A stretch of DNA of 32,000 bases from Fastidiosibacter lacustris (GCF_003428155.1 NZ_QLIR01000010.1:41748-73747), one strand, 5' to 3'. Positions 1-11,388 are shown, counted from the first letter of the stretch. The notes: generated by a model not told the origin, from the letters alone. Program-made: numbers and translations.

Positions 1-444
1 AACGATTGCTAAGTCAACTTTTCCTGTTTTTAATAAATCATGTCTATTTTCAATATCTTGAATTTGTAAGTGAAAGCGAAGTTGTGGATAAGCTTTGGCA
101 ATTTTTGCAACAGGCTCAACAATACGCGTTTTCATAAGTGTGGAGGACGATACGATTTTAATCGGAATAATATTTTCACTCTGGTGCATATTTAGACTAC
201 GTAAATAAGTATTCTCAAGCTTTTGGATATCATGACAATAACGTAATAATATTTGCCCCTCTGATGTCAATTGCATGCCTTTGCGTGAACGAACAAAAAG
301 TGACACATTAAGCTTTTCTTCTAATGACTTTATACGTTGAGTAACCGCTGTTTGTGTCAAGTGTAATACATCTGCTGCACTATGCACCGTACCAGCTTTT
401 TCAACAGCAATAAATGCCTGTAATAACGGGCTTAAATTGATCAT
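1..444 (-). CDS. LysR-family transcriptional regulator, N-terminal part (continues past the left edge)
   Basis: Reverse-strand reading from ATG at 444..442 gives MINLSPLLQAFIAVEKAGTVHSAADVLHLTQTAVTQRIKSLEEKLNVSLFVRSRKGMQLTSEGQ..., the typical LysR HTH; open to window start. Confidence 0.9.
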   Translation of the reverse strand, partial: MINLSPLLQAFIAVEKAGTVHSAADVLHLTQTAVTQRIKSLEEKLNVSLFVRSRKGMQLTSEGQILLRYCHDIQKLENTYLRSLNMHQSENIIPIKIVSSSTLMKTRIVEPVAKIAKAYPQLRFHLQIQDIENRHDLLKTGKVDLAIV

Positions 445-523
445 TAATCTCTCTTCTTAATTATTTATATTGAATTTAAGTTTCAGCAGTTTGCTATAAA
501 AAACATCGTCTTTAACAAGCAAT

Positions 524-1456
524 TTAAGAGTATTTAATATTACCTTTAGATGCAAAGTAAATACCAATAATAAGCATAATACTCCACACTACAAATGAGT
601 GCTCAACATGAGTGATATTAAAGATTACACTGAAAATACCTGCCCAAAAGATAAAGCTTGCATTAAACGTTGTTCCCAAGCTTGCTCCAATGCGTTTGAT
701 CGCATGATAATATGCCAAATAAGAGCTAGAAGCTGACAACACACAACCAATCATAAGTAATGGTAAAAATAAATGACTCATCACTTGCCACGTCTGTACA
801 TAGTCCACAATCAATAATATGATCAAAATCAATAAATAACTTAAAGCAGAAGTACTTTGACGAATGGCTAACAACCAGGAAACATCTTGAGTTGAGGATT
901 TTTGTGCAATTGAAAATAAGATTGATTCCATACCCCAACCAATCATCGCACAACTTGCAAAGATTAAACCAATTAGGATGTGCTCTGCACCTGAGCGTAC
1001 ACCTGTAATTGAGATAAACATGACAGCAATGACAGATAAAATAATACCAACGACTTTTACTTTGGTTGGTTTTTCACGTAATAAAATCATGGCAAATAAT
1101 AAGGCGATAACAGGGTAACAAGATGTGACCACACCAGCGTAAACAGGTCCTGCATATGCTATACCCATAATACCCGCGACCATTCCTAAGGGTCCTGCAC
1201 ACATTGCTGCAATCACAAGTGGCCAAAAGTTTTGCAATGTTGTTTTACGCCAATTTTTTATTAAGCTACCACGTATATGATGATAAACAAAAATACCCAA
1301 ACAAGAAAAACTATCTTGCATAAGCGACAACGCTAATGCAAAAACTAAAACTGCAAAAGTAGCTGTACTAAACAAAGCTTGCTCTGAGTAAATATTGGTT
1401 AAAACATCATTTAACCCCCAAAGCATACCTGAAATAATTCCTATAATAATTCCCAA
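524..1456 (-). CDS. EamA/DMT-family transporter (10-TM type)
   Basis: 310 aa hydrophobic ORF; GLNDVLTNIYSE...PLGMVAGIMGIAYAGPVYAGVVTSCYPVIALLFAMILLREKPTKVKVVGIILSVIAVMFI, EamA-like repeats. Confidence 0.85.
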   Translation of the reverse strand: MGIIIGIISGMLWGLNDVLTNIYSEQALFSTATFAVLVFALALSLMQDSFSCLGIFVYHHIRGSLIKNWRKTTLQNFWPLVIAAMCAGPLGMVAGIMGIAYAGPVYAGVVTSCYPVIALLFAMILLREKPTKVKVVGIILSVIAVMFISITGVRSGAEHILIGLIFASCAMIGWGMESILFSIAQKSSTQDVSWLLAIRQSTSALSYLLILIILLIVDYVQTWQVMSHLFLPLLMIGCVLSASSSYLAYYHAIKRIGASLGTTFNASFIFWAGIFSVIFNITHVEHSFVVWSIMLIIGIYFASKGNIKYS

Positions 1457-1471
1457 AACCTCCCCCCTAGA

Positions 1472-2518
1472 TTAACCTTCATCGTTGCCAGGTAAACGTT
1501 GATAATCTTCTAATTTATCTGGCATTTCAATGTCAAAATGACGATAAGCGTGCAAAGTTGCTACACGCCCTCTTGCAGTACGCATAATATAACCCTGTTG
1601 AATCAAATAAGGCTCAATCACATCTTCTATGGTTCCTCGCTCTTCAGATATAGATGCTGCAATGGTGTCTAAACCTACTGGTCCTCCTGAAAACTTGTCA
1701 ATTAATGCTAATAAATAACGCCTATCCATTTGATCAAAGCCAACAGGGTCAACATTAATAAGTAATAAAGCTTTATCGGCAACTTTATGGTCAACAACTC
1801 CATGCGCTTTCACTTCTGCATAGTCTCGAACTCGACGTAAAAGCCTATTAGCAATTCTTGGTGTGCCACGCGCACGTTTCGCAATTTCTTTAGCTCCTGT
1901 TATTTTGATGCTTATTTGCATAAGTTTGGCTGATCGCATAATAATTTCAGTTAAATCATCAACTGAGTAAAACTCTAAGCGTTGTACAATCCCAAAGCGA
2001 TCCCTTAAGGGTGATGTCAAAAGTCCTGCCCTTGTTGTTGCACCAACCAAAGTAAAAGGTGGAAGGTCAATTTTAATGGAACGTGCTGCTGGTCCTTCTC
2101 CGATCATGATATCCAGTTGATAATCTTCCATTGCAGGATAGAGCACTTCTTCAATCACAGGACTTAAACGATGAATTTCATCAATAAAAAGAACATCGTT
2201 TGCTTCTAAGTTCGTTAACAGTGCCGCCAAATCACCTGCTTTCTCCAACACAGGACCTGAGGTTTGTTTGAGTGAAACGTTCATTTCATTGGCAATAATA
2301 TGTGAGAGTGTTGTCTTGCCCAAGCCAGGAGGACCAAAAATCAATACATGATCTAACGCTTCTTTGCGCTTTTTAGCAGCAGCAATAAATATCTCCATTT
2401 GTTCTTTAACAACAGGTTGACCGTGATAATCTGGTAATGTTTTTGGTCTTATTGCACGATCTATTTGATTATCTTCCATTTGCTTATTACCAGAGATAAT
2501 ACGATCTGTTTCTATCAT
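1472..2518 (-). CDS. ruvB: Holliday junction branch migration ATPase RuvB (true start probably M15, [12 protein letters not shown])
   Basis: [11 protein letters not shown], Walker [36 protein letters not shown]. Confidence 0.98.
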   Translation of the reverse strand: MIETDRIISGNKQMEDNQIDRAIRPKTLPDYHGQPVVKEQMEIFIAAAKKRKEALDHVLIFGPPGLGKTTLSHIIANEMNVSLKQTSGPVLEKAGDLAALLTNLEANDVLFIDEIHRLSPVIEEVLYPAMEDYQLDIMIGEGPAARSIKIDLPPFTLVGATTRAGLLTSPLRDRFGIVQRLEFYSVDDLTEIIMRSAKLMQISIKITGAKEIAKRARGTPRIANRLLRRVRDYAEVKAHGVVDHKVADKALLLINVDPVGFDQMDRRYLLALIDKFSGGPVGLDTIAASISEERGTIEDVIEPYLIQQGYIMRTARGRVATLHAYRHFDIEMPDKLEDYQRLPGNDEG

Positions 2519-2661
2519 ATTTCTACATCATACTTAATATTGACTATATAAACAGAAGCCTAACACGTTTTAAAGACAAAAACGACGTGATTTTTAGCTT
2601 GTCTTATTTCACATTAGCTATCTGACATTAATAAACGCCTGTTCAAAACTATTTACTATAA

Positions 2662-3807
2662 TCACGCTCTGAAAACTTGCTTTACTTGAAACGACTTATC
2701 CAGCACAACAAGATCCGCATCCATGCCAACTTGAATGTCGCCTTTCCGTTTATCAAAATTTAAACTTTTTGCTGCATTAAAACTCGACATCTTAACAAGC
2801 TCTTGCAAACTGCATGCACTAAACTTTAACATATTTTTTAAAGCGATATTCATAGTTAGTACACTCCCCGCAAGCACCCCATTCTCCAAACGAGCTTCAC
2901 CATTTTTAACAATGACTTTTTGTCCCCCAAGTTCAAAAATACCTTCACCATATCCCTGGGCAGACATGGCATCGGTAACTAAAATAATTCCCTCTGCCTC
3001 TTTAATACAAAATGTCATCTTGACAATTTCAGGTGCTAAATGTACTCCGTCAACAATAAGCTCAGCAATCACTTTATTTGACATCAAAATCGCAGTTGCA
3101 GCACCTGGTTGCCGATGATCCACTCCACTCATTGCATTAAATAAATGAGTTGCTTGAGTAACGCCTTTGTCAATAGCATCAAGCGCACATGCAACACTAC
3201 AATTAGTATGTCCAATTGAAGCAATCACACCATGTGTGTTACACCAGTCAATAATGTTGTTGGCACCTTCAACTTCAGGTGCGAGTGTAACCTTACGAAT
3301 CGCATTTCGTGATAAGTTTTGCCAATGATTTAATTTTTCTAATGAGGCTTGTTGTAAATATACGGGATTTTGTGCTCCAATTTTTAAAGCTGAGATAAAT
3401 GGTCCTTCTAAATGCACCCCCAGAACATTAGCAAAGTGGTGCTCATGTGAATATTGATAACCAAAATCAGCTACATTCGATAACGCATTTTCAATAGCTT
3501 CTTCAGTTTGTGTCATCGTAGTTGCCAAAAAACTTGTCACACCTTGACGATAAAGTGATGAACTTATGACTTTAAGTGCTTCTATTTCAGCATCCATTAC
3601 ATCACAACCATTTGAGCCATGAATATGGATATCGATAAAACCTGGCATGATTATATCACTTGCATGGTAATTAACTTTTGGTAAATATTTAAATCGTGTA
3701 TTTATTTCCCCGAATGATACGATTTTACCATACTCAACAACGAGCTCACCTTCAATGATTTCAGATTTAGTGACAATTTTTGCACCACTTATTCGATAAC
3801 TTTGCAT
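2662..3807 (-). CDS. nagA: N-acetylglucosamine-6-phosphate deacetylase
   Basis: PGFIDIHIHGSNGCDVMDA, GVHLEGPFIS, IGHTNCS, THLFNAMS, LVTDAMSAQG motifs. Confidence 0.95.
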   Translation of the reverse strand: MQSYRISGAKIVTKSEIIEGELVVEYGKIVSFGEINTRFKYLPKVNYHASDIIMPGFIDIHIHGSNGCDVMDAEIEALKVISSSLYRQGVTSFLATTMTQTEEAIENALSNVADFGYQYSHEHHFANVLGVHLEGPFISALKIGAQNPVYLQQASLEKLNHWQNLSRNAIRKVTLAPEVEGANNIIDWCNTHGVIASIGHTNCSVACALDAIDKGVTQATHLFNAMSGVDHRQPGAATAILMSNKVIAELIVDGVHLAPEIVKMTFCIKEAEGIILVTDAMSAQGYGEGIFELGGQKVIVKNGEARLENGVLAGSVLTMNIALKNMLKFSACSLQELVKMSSFNAAKSLNFDKRKGDIQVGMDADLVVLDKSFQVKQVFRA

Positions 3808-4157
3808 ATCTGCCCCATAAGTGTCATTTCTTGTAAAATTGCATCACCATATCCACATCTACTAACGTAAACGTCTTGCTTATATTGTAATGTCTTTATT
3901 GTAACTTTTTTATCAGACATGTACTAGTCTCTTAGTTAGATGTGAAAGTTCATTTTAACAATTTGATTTATAGCAGCAATCATTTGATATAAAAAACCTC
4001 TGTATACAATGAAAAATAAATTACCTTACTAGTTTACGATTTAGCACTTCTTTTAAAACTAAAGAGAATAAAGTTTAATTTAGCAGGCTATACTGTCGAC
4101 TAATTCTATTTAAAATTCAATAATGACAATATATATAACTTATCTTTATTTAAGCAC

Positions 4158-4721
4158 ATGCAAACTTCTATCCGTAAAGTGTTACGTCAGATCAGAAAAT
4201 CTATTCCAAGTATACAAAAAAATCACTTGGCATTAGCGCTTGCCAAGCAGTTTGAAATATACTTCCCAAAGCTTACAAACAAAAACATCGCAAGCTATTT
4301 TGCCACAGACGAAGAGATTTCGCCTTATTATATTAATCAGAGGCTTAAGGCTAAAAATAACCTACTTTACTACCCTATCCTTCACTCGTTTCATACTCGT
4401 CACTTATGGTTTAGTGTGGATACACAAAAATATGCAAGAAATAAATATCAACTATTAGAGCCTATTTTTTATGCTAACAACATACTTGCACCTTGGGAAC
4501 TTGATATTATTATTATTCCTTTGGTTGGCTTTAATAAACACAAACAACGTATTGGAATGGGTGGCGGTTTTTATGACACAACACTACGCTACTGTAAAAA
4601 ATTCAATAATGTTCAATTTATTGGTATTGCATTTGATGAACAACAGCATGATAGTGTTGCAATGAATTCTTGGGATATTACAATGGATGCTATTATTACT
4701 CCAACTAAAATTATCAATTGA
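4158..4721 (+). CDS. 5-formyltetrahydrofolate cyclo-ligase family protein
   Basis: IIIPLVGFNKHKQRIGMGGGFYD...FIGIAFDEQQ, the cyclo-ligase GxGGGxYD signature. Confidence 0.9.
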   Translation: MQTSIRKVLRQIRKSIPSIQKNHLALALAKQFEIYFPKLTNKNIASYFATDEEISPYYINQRLKAKNNLLYYPILHSFHTRHLWFSVDTQKYARNKYQLLEPIFYANNILAPWELDIIIIPLVGFNKHKQRIGMGGGFYDTTLRYCKKFNNVQFIGIAFDEQQHDSVAMNSWDITMDAIITPTKIIN

Positions 4722-4990
4722 TGAACACTAATTCTAACTTACAAAAGCTCATCATCGACAGACTTACCAAAGCATTTGACCCTTCTATACTTGAACTGAT
4801 TGATGAAACGCACAAACACCAAAAACACAAACACTTTCAAAGCGGAAAATTTCATTTTAAACTACGGATAGCTAGCCTAAAATTTGTTACACTTAGCACC
4901 ATTAAAGCACACCAGGAAATCTACACTTGTTTAGGAGATCTGATGAAAGATCAAATCCATGCCTTATCCATTCATATTGAAAATAACTGA
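4718..4990 (+). CDS. BolA-family protein
   Basis: LIDETHKHQKHKHFQSGKFHFKLRIASLKFVTLSTIKAHQEIYTCLGDLMKDQIHALSIHI has the BolA ESHxH...H..V..L......IHALSI layout; 4-nt overlap with the previous ORF. Confidence 0.85.
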   Translation: MMNTNSNLQKLIIDRLTKAFDPSILELIDETHKHQKHKHFQSGKFHFKLRIASLKFVTLSTIKAHQEIYTCLGDLMKDQIHALSIHIENN

Positions 4991-5015
4991 ATAAACTGAA
5001 TAAGAAGAGAAAATA

Positions 5016-6140
5016 ATGCAAAAAATATCTGCTTTTATCAAAGCTGAATACGGAGTTGTGCTACCGATTATTCTTTTTATTTTGATCAATTTTATTTTTA
5101 CAACGTTCAATCCACAAAATATTAGTCACTTTGTAACTGCAGTTACAACGTTTACTATATTTTGTGTAATGCTAATTTGTGCATTTAACGTCGTTAAACA
5201 TGCTGATCGACTTGCTCATAAATTTGGTGAGCCTTATGGAACGATTATTCTGACGCTTTCGGTCATCTCAATTGAAGTAGCGCTTATTATTACAATGATG
5301 CTCATAGGAAAAGGAGATTCTACACTTGCAAGGGATACGATGTTTGCTGTTATCATGATTGCCGTCAATGGGTTTGCAGGCTTAAGTCTACTAACTGGAG
5401 GAATCAAACACAACACTCAAATGTATAATATTGAAGGTGCAAGTATCTATATATCTTTATTAATTTTACTGCTTAGCATTTGTCTAATTTTACCCAATTA
5501 TACTGTTGCTACAGATGCAGGCACCTTCAATTTAAGTCAATCCATTATTGTCATTGTGGTATGTGTTATTTTGTACGCTAATTTTTTGGTGATGCAAACG
5601 ATTACTCACAGTGATTATTTTCAATTTTCGCTTGATCATAAAAGTCAACAAGGTGAGCAGCATAGCTCGATGAGATCGGTATGTTATCACGTTACTTTAC
5701 TTTTGATCGGTCTTATTGTGATGATTGCACTATCTAAAAATCTTGGAACTTTTTTAGAATATAGCATTCAAGAAGCAGGTCTCCCTAGTAAACTTGGTGG
5801 TTTTATCATCGCTCTTTTAGTGTTGACACCAGAAGGTGTCAGTGCCATTCAAGCTGCCTACAAGAATCAACTACAACGCTCGATTAACCTGTGTATGGGT
5901 TCAGCTGTTGCAACTATTTGCTTAACTGTGCCATCTGTAATTGTCATAAATTTAATTCTAGGGCACCCACTTATATTAGGTTTAAATAGTACATCCATCG
6001 TTATCTTAATGTTAACTTTTTTTATTAGCCTTATCACTTTTACCTCAAGGAGAACAAGTGTATTTAACGGCGTGGTACTATTAACTGTATTTGCCATTTA
6101 TTTTGCTTTAATTTTTGATACCGCTCAACCCTTTGCTTAA
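5016..6140 (+). CDS. Calcium/sodium:proton antiporter (ChaA-like)
   Basis: 374 aa, multi-TM; VISIEVALIITMMLIGKGDSTLARDTMFAVIMIAVNGFAGLSLLTGG and LLVLTPEGVSAIQAAYKNQLQRSINLCMGSAVATICLTVP exchanger repeats. Confidence 0.88.
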   Translation: MQKISAFIKAEYGVVLPIILFILINFIFTTFNPQNISHFVTAVTTFTIFCVMLICAFNVVKHADRLAHKFGEPYGTIILTLSVISIEVALIITMMLIGKGDSTLARDTMFAVIMIAVNGFAGLSLLTGGIKHNTQMYNIEGASIYISLLILLLSICLILPNYTVATDAGTFNLSQSIIVIVVCVILYANFLVMQTITHSDYFQFSLDHKSQQGEQHSSMRSVCYHVTLLLIGLIVMIALSKNLGTFLEYSIQEAGLPSKLGGFIIALLVLTPEGVSAIQAAYKNQLQRSINLCMGSAVATICLTVPSVIVINLILGHPLILGLNSTSIVILMLTFFISLITFTSRRTSVFNGVVLLTVFAIYFALIFDTAQPFA

Positions 6141-6244
6141 ACTATATACGCTTTACTTTGATTGGAGTATTTCAGCTATTCATGTCAAACGTATCAGTAT
6201 ATACTAACGTACGAATAAGCAACTATTTCTTAATAATGGTTATA

Positions 6245-6871
6245 ATGTCAAAAAATAAACATAGTAAAAGTAGTAAACGTTGGCTGGATGAACATCATAA
6301 CGATTATTATGTCAGCCAGTCCAAAAAAGAAGGTTTTCGCTCACGTGCAGCATACAAACTTATTGAATTACAAGAAAAGGATAAACTTTTTAAATTAGGT
6401 ATGCAAATTGTTGACCTAGGTGCAGCACCAGGAGGCTGGTCACAGGTATTAACAAGCTTTGTCGGTGAAAAAGGGAAAGTATTTGCACTTGATATTTTGG
6501 AAATGGACCCTTTACCAGATGTAGTGTTTATTCAAGGAGACTTCACCCAAGATGAGTCATACGAAGAACTTATGAACTTAATTAAAGGGCAAACTGTCGA
6601 TTGGGTGGTTTCAGATATGGCACCTAATATGAGTGGTAATCGAAGTACCGATCAAGCTAATGCTATGTATTTGGTTGAACTTGCATTAGATTTTGCACAA
6701 AGTGTATTAAAACCCAAAGGTAACTTTCTAGCTAAAGTCTTTCAAGGTGAGGGTTTTGAAATGTTTGTCAAAAACGTCCAACAACAATACCAAAAAGTTG
6801 TCATTCGTAAACCAGATGCTTCACGGACTCGCTCGCGTGAAGTTTATGTAATTGGATTTAATAAATGTTAA
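6245..6871 (+). CDS. rlmE: 23S rRNA (uridine-2'-O)-methyltransferase RlmE/FtsJ; supplied ORF starts at 6158 but M30 (6245) is the likely start
   Basis: SKRWLDEHHNDYYVSQSKKEGFRSRAAYKLIELQEK...VDLGAAPGGWSQV...SDMAPNMSGNRSTDQ. Confidence 0.95.
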   Translation: MSKNKHSKSSKRWLDEHHNDYYVSQSKKEGFRSRAAYKLIELQEKDKLFKLGMQIVDLGAAPGGWSQVLTSFVGEKGKVFALDILEMDPLPDVVFIQGDFTQDESYEELMNLIKGQTVDWVVSDMAPNMSGNRSTDQANAMYLVELALDFAQSVLKPKGNFLAKVFQGEGFEMFVKNVQQQYQKVVIRKPDASRTRSREVYVIGFNKC

Positions 6872-6882
6872 GAGAAATATAG

Positions 6883-7497
6883 ATGGGTTACAGACTTTCA
6901 AAAATCTATACCAAAACAGGTGACAAAGGAAAAACCGCTTTATCAGATAATAAGCGGATTGATAAATGTACACCTATTATTGAAGTAATTGGTCAACTAG
7001 ATGAACTAAATGCCGCTATTGGTGTTGTGGTATCCTTCTCTCATCACAACGATATCAATATACAATTACAAAACATTCAACATCAGCTTTTTAATATTGG
7101 TGGTGAGTTATCACATCCTCAATTTAGCCAATTAGCGGCTGAGAATATAACAATACTTGAACACTACATAGATAACTTTAACAGCCATCTCACACCACTT
7201 AAAGAGTTTATCCTACCAGGTGGCTCTAAGGCTTCTGCACTTTGTCATCAAGCACGAACTATTGCCAGAAGAGTAGAGCGTTGTTATGTTGCACTTAGTA
7301 GAAATGAACCTAAATTTACAAATCCATTGATTTTACAATTTTTAAACCGCCTATCGGATTATTTATTTGTACTTGCACGTTTTCTTAACCTTAAGGATAA
7401 TCACAACGAAATACTATGGCAAAGTCATAGAAGTCAACCACAAGTAGATAATGAAATTATGTTAATTCCACAATCAAACGTCAAAAAGGACAAATAA
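6883..7497 (+). CDS. PduO-type cob(I)yrinic acid a,c-diamide adenosyltransferase
   Basis: KIYTKTGDKGKTAL...GQLDELNAAIG...FILPGGSKASALCHQARTIARRVER...NRLSDYLFVLAR. Confidence 0.93.
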   Translation: MGYRLSKIYTKTGDKGKTALSDNKRIDKCTPIIEVIGQLDELNAAIGVVVSFSHHNDINIQLQNIQHQLFNIGGELSHPQFSQLAAENITILEHYIDNFNSHLTPLKEFILPGGSKASALCHQARTIARRVERCYVALSRNEPKFTNPLILQFLNRLSDYLFVLARFLNLKDNHNEILWQSHRSQPQVDNEIMLIPQSNVKKDK

Positions 7498-8870
7498 TGA
7501 AAATCATTATTTTAGGTGCAGGACAAGTCGGAAGCTCTCTAGCAAAAAACTTACAAAAAGATCACAATATCAGTGTGGTTGATGATAGACCTGAGCGCTT
7601 ACGCCACATCCAAAACCATTTTGATGTTAAAACCGTATGCGGCTCTGCCTCTCATCCTAACGTCCTTGAAGAGGCAGGTGCTAATGATGCAGATATGATT
7701 ATTGCTGTCACCAATAATGATGAAGTTAATATTGTAGCTTGCCAAATTGCATATAGCTTATTTAAAATTCCAACGAAAATCGCACGTCTTCGCAATAAAA
7801 ACTATGCACGTTATCCGCAAATTTTCAATAATGATAATATTCCTATAGATATGATCATCAATCCTTCTGAGCTCGTTACTCAACGCTTAGTACGTTTAGT
7901 GGAACACCCTGGAAGCTTCCAGATCGTTGACTTTGCCAATGGGCGCATACAACTTGCAGGTAGTGAAATCTCTGAAGACTCCCCTTTGCATGGTATGAGT
8001 ATTAAAGAATTTCGTCAAGAACTGCCAGATATTGACGCACGTATTGTTGCCATTTATCGCAAAAAACAGAATATTCTCATTTCAGCTGATACTATATTAC
8101 AGAAGTATGATGACGTTTTCTTCATTGCTGAACGTATTAACATTCCTGCAATTTTGCGTGAGTTTCAACCACACCAAACTGCCTGCCGCAAGCTGTTTAT
8201 TGCAGGAGGTGGAAACATTGGTATGGGACTTGCAAAAAAACTAGAAAATGATTATTTAGTTAAAATTATTGAAAACAATTATGAAAAATGCCATCTTGCT
8301 GCCGAGACTTTAAATAATACAACCGTTTTAGCAGGAGATGCTTCTGACGCTGAACTTTTAAATGCCGAAAGCATTGATGATACTGACTTGTTTTGTGCTG
8401 TTACCAATGATGATGAAGCAAATATTATGTCTGCAATGTTGGCAAAAAAAATGGGAGCTAAAAGCACAATTGCATTAGTCAATAGCCTAAGTTATGCTGA
8501 ATTGGTTGATGAAACACAGACGATTGATCGAGCCATCTCGCCCCAGCGCATCACTATTGGTGTTATTCAAACTTATTTGCGTAAAGGAGACATGCTCAAT
8601 ATTTACTCACTTTATGGCGGTCAAGCTGAAGCAATGGAAATCGTTGTTCATGGTACAGTAGATAGCTCACCAATTGTTGGCAAAGCTATTAATGAACTGA
8701 ACTTACCAAAGTCGATTATTATTGGTGGAATTGTGCGTGAGGATAATATCCTGATTGCCCATGACCATTATGTAATCAAATCAGGTGATCATGTGGTTGT
8801 GATCATCACAGATATGGATCATATCCGCACTATTGAAAAACTCTTTCAGGTGTTACCTGTTTTTCTATAA
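7497..8870 (+). CDS. trkA: Trk potassium uptake regulatory protein, two RCK domains
   Basis: MKIIILGAGQVGSSLAKNL...AVTNNDEVNIVACQIAYSLF, second Rossmann repeat FIAGGGNIGMGLAKKLE, and C-terminal RCK_C domain. Confidence 0.95.
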   Translation: MKIIILGAGQVGSSLAKNLQKDHNISVVDDRPERLRHIQNHFDVKTVCGSASHPNVLEEAGANDADMIIAVTNNDEVNIVACQIAYSLFKIPTKIARLRNKNYARYPQIFNNDNIPIDMIINPSELVTQRLVRLVEHPGSFQIVDFANGRIQLAGSEISEDSPLHGMSIKEFRQELPDIDARIVAIYRKKQNILISADTILQKYDDVFFIAERINIPAILREFQPHQTACRKLFIAGGGNIGMGLAKKLENDYLVKIIENNYEKCHLAAETLNNTTVLAGDASDAELLNAESIDDTDLFCAVTNDDEANIMSAMLAKKMGAKSTIALVNSLSYAELVDETQTIDRAISPQRITIGVIQTYLRKGDMLNIYSLYGGQAEAMEIVVHGTVDSSPIVGKAINELNLPKSIIIGGIVREDNILIAHDHYVIKSGDHVVVIITDMDHIRTIEKLFQVLPVFL

Positions 8871-9054
8871 GTGCCATTAATCATTTTAACCATTAGGTAT
8901 AAGCAAGCTTCCAATAATAGAGCATTCCAAAATGGAAAGTTAATAGACTTTCTTCTGCTTTTTTTATATGATGTGCACTAGATTATTTTATGAACGTTTA
9001 TGTCTTTATAGCTTAAACTTCAAGCAACCAAAATTGAAAGAAAAATAGATTCTT

Positions 9055-10959
9055 ATGATGTTTTATCCACACACTTTTGATGTCATCGTCGTTGGTGGCG
9101 GACATGCAGGAACGGAAGCTGCTGCTGCTGCTGCTCGTATGGGAGCAACTACTTTATTGCTAACGCATAATATTGAAACACTAGGGCAAATGTCCTGTAA
9201 TCCTGCAATTGGGGGCATTGGGAAAGGACATCTTGTCAAAGAAATCGATGCTTTAGGCGGTATCATGGCTAAAGCAATTGACAAATCTGGTATTCAATTT
9301 CGTACCTTAAATGCCCGTAAAGGTCCTGCTGTGCGTGCAACACGTGCTCAAGCTGATAGAACACTTTATAAGTTAGCCATACGCAACATCCTTGAAAATC
9401 AAAAAAACCTATCCATTTTCCAACAACCTGTTGATGACCTAATCATAGAAAATGATCAAGTGACAGGTGTTGTTACCCAAATGGGATTAAGCTTTCGAGC
9501 CAAAACTGTTATTCTAACTGTTGGTACGTTTTTAGGTGGAAAGATCCATATTGGATTTAATAATTACCAAGGTGGACGCGCTGGTGACCAACCAGCTAAC
9601 GCATTAGCACAAAAATTGCGTGCTTTAACGTTTAATGTTGCGCGTCTTAAAACAGGCACCCCTCCTAGAATTGATAAGCGCACAGTTGATTTTTCTGTTA
9701 TGGCGATTCAAGCTGGAGATGATCCTATTCCATATTTTTCATTTTTTAGTAAAGGTGATGAACACCCCATACAGGTGCCTTGTCATATCACCTACACTAA
9801 CCTTAAAACGCATGACATTATTCTTAAAAACCTAGATCGCTCCGCAATGTATGGTGGAATGATCGATGGGATAGGACCCCGTTATTGCCCTTCTATTGAG
9901 GATAAGGTGGTGCGCTTTGCTGATAAAGATCGACATCAAATCTTTGTTGAGCCAGAAGGCTTAGACAGTATTGAGCTCTATCCAAACGGAATGTCAACGT
10001 CGTTACCATTTGATGTGCAACTTGAGTTTATCCGAAGTATTAAAGGCTTTGAGAACGCTTATATCACGCGTCCAGGTTATGCTATTGAATATGATTTTTT
10101 TGATCCTCGTGGACTCCTACCAAGTTTGGAAACCAAACGTGTTGAAAATTTATTTTTCGCAGGACAAATTAATGGCACAACAGGTTATGAAGAAGCTGCT
10201 GCTCAAGGCGTAATCGCAGGATTAAATGCTGCATTAAAAGTCCAAAAAAAACCAAGCTGGTCACCAAAAAGAAATGATGCCTATATAGGTGTGCTAATTG
10301 ATGATTTAATAACAAAAGGGACACAAGAACCTTATCGCATGTTTACTTCACGTGCCGAGTATCGCTTGGTTTTGCGTGAGGATAATGCAGATGCACGTTT
10401 ATGTCTAAAAGCCATTGAGCTTGGTTTATTAAGTGAAGAAGACAAGCGTAATTTTTTAGCCAAGTTACAAACAATTGAAGTAGAAACTGCACGCTTAAAG
10501 TCGGTATGGATTTCGCCTAAGAGTACTAAAGCAGAAAAACTAGAAGTGTTATTAGGTAAGCCAATGAGTAAAGAAAGTAATTTATTTGACTTATTAAAGC
10601 GTCCTGAACTTGACTATCAAAGTCTTACTAATATTACCGAGTTAGGTGAGTTTATAGATCACACCCAAGCAATTGAGCAAATTGAAATTTCAGCTAAATA
10701 CGCAGGCTATATTGATAGACAAAATGAAGAAATTCTAGTAATGCAAGCACTAGAAAACGCACATATTCCAAAAGATTTCGACTACCAAAAAGTTTCAAGT
10801 CTATCTAATGAAGTCAGGCAAAAGCTAGACAATCAACGCCCATCCACTTTAGGAGAAGCATCTCGTATTCAAGGTATAACGCCAGCCGCAATTTCACTGT
10901 TAACGATTTACATGAAAAAACTTGGTTTCATAAAAAAACAAGACATACCAACTATCTAG
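9055..10959 (+). CDS. mnmG: tRNA uridine-5-carboxymethylaminomethyl modification enzyme MnmG/GidA
   Basis: [58 protein letters not shown]. Confidence 0.98.
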   Translation: MMFYPHTFDVIVVGGGHAGTEAAAAAARMGATTLLLTHNIETLGQMSCNPAIGGIGKGHLVKEIDALGGIMAKAIDKSGIQFRTLNARKGPAVRATRAQADRTLYKLAIRNILENQKNLSIFQQPVDDLIIENDQVTGVVTQMGLSFRAKTVILTVGTFLGGKIHIGFNNYQGGRAGDQPANALAQKLRALTFNVARLKTGTPPRIDKRTVDFSVMAIQAGDDPIPYFSFFSKGDEHPIQVPCHITYTNLKTHDIILKNLDRSAMYGGMIDGIGPRYCPSIEDKVVRFADKDRHQIFVEPEGLDSIELYPNGMSTSLPFDVQLEFIRSIKGFENAYITRPGYAIEYDFFDPRGLLPSLETKRVENLFFAGQINGTTGYEEAAAQGVIAGLNAALKVQKKPSWSPKRNDAYIGVLIDDLITKGTQEPYRMFTSRAEYRLVLREDNADARLCLKAIELGLLSEEDKRNFLAKLQTIEVETARLKSVWISPKSTKAEKLEVLLGKPMSKESNLFDLLKRPELDYQSLTNITELGEFIDHTQAIEQIEISAKYAGYIDRQNEEILVMQALENAHIPKDFDYQKVSSLSNEVRQKLDNQRPSTLGEASRIQGITPAAISLLTIYMKKLGFIKKQDIPTI

Positions 10960-10968
10960 GGAGAAACA

Positions 10969-11388
10969 ATGATCTGGCAAAACATAAAACTCAGTATCAA
11001 AAGTATTCTTGTTGCCAGTATGATTTTACTTATTATAGGCTGTGCTACAACTGCAAAATACAGGGCCATTTTAGATCAATGGCATGAACAGTCTATTGAT
11101 GATTTTGTTCACATGTGGGGTTATCCAAATAATACACTTAAACTTGAGGATAATAAGACAGCTTATGTCTATAGTGACAAACAAATTGTCAGTACCCCTC
11201 TTAACCAAATGCCAACAAATATTACAACTGTTCAAAATGGAAATAATACAACCATAATTTCAACACCTGGTGCGATTATTGGAGGTCAAACCTATTCCTT
11301 ATCCTGTACAACGTGGATTGTATTTGATAACAAAACAAAAAAAATTGTCAATACAACCTTTCGAGGTAATAACTGTATTGCTTATTAA
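10969..11388 (+). CDS. Small putative lipoprotein of unknown function
   Basis: N-terminal signal SILVASMILLIIGC (lipobox-like) followed by a 115-aa soluble domain; 9 nt after mnmG stop. Confidence 0.75.
   Translation: MIWQNIKLSIKSILVASMILLIIGCATTAKYRAILDQWHEQSIDDFVHMWGYPNNTLKLEDNKTAYVYSDKQIVSTPLNQMPTNITTVQNGNNTTIISTPGAIIGGQTYSLSCTTWIVFDNKTKKIVNTTFRGNNCIAY

Noticed and set aside
2575-2610. Hairpin-like CACGTTTT...AAAACGACGTG between nagA and ruvB
   Set aside because: The stem is imperfect with an internal insertion, and the strand with T residues does not match either gene's direction.
2735-3118. 127-aa plus-strand ORF inside nagA
   Set aside because: Antisense to a conserved enzyme; Ser/Pro-rich shadow translation.
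3808-4157. Possible 6S RNA upstream of the 5-formyl-THF cyclo-ligase gene (typical gammaproteobacterial location)
   Set aside because: The gap is AT-rich and I could not find the long closing stem or conserved central bubble; a covariance-model search would be needed.
8920-8940. TTCCAaaaTGGAA inverted repeat before mnmG
   Set aside because: Only a 5-bp stem, no T run and no repeated copies; easily chance in AT-rich sequence.
9106-9140. Run of GCT/GCTGCT repeats near the mnmG start
   Set aside because: It encodes the Ala stretch of the normal FAD-binding [17 protein letters not shown] motif.
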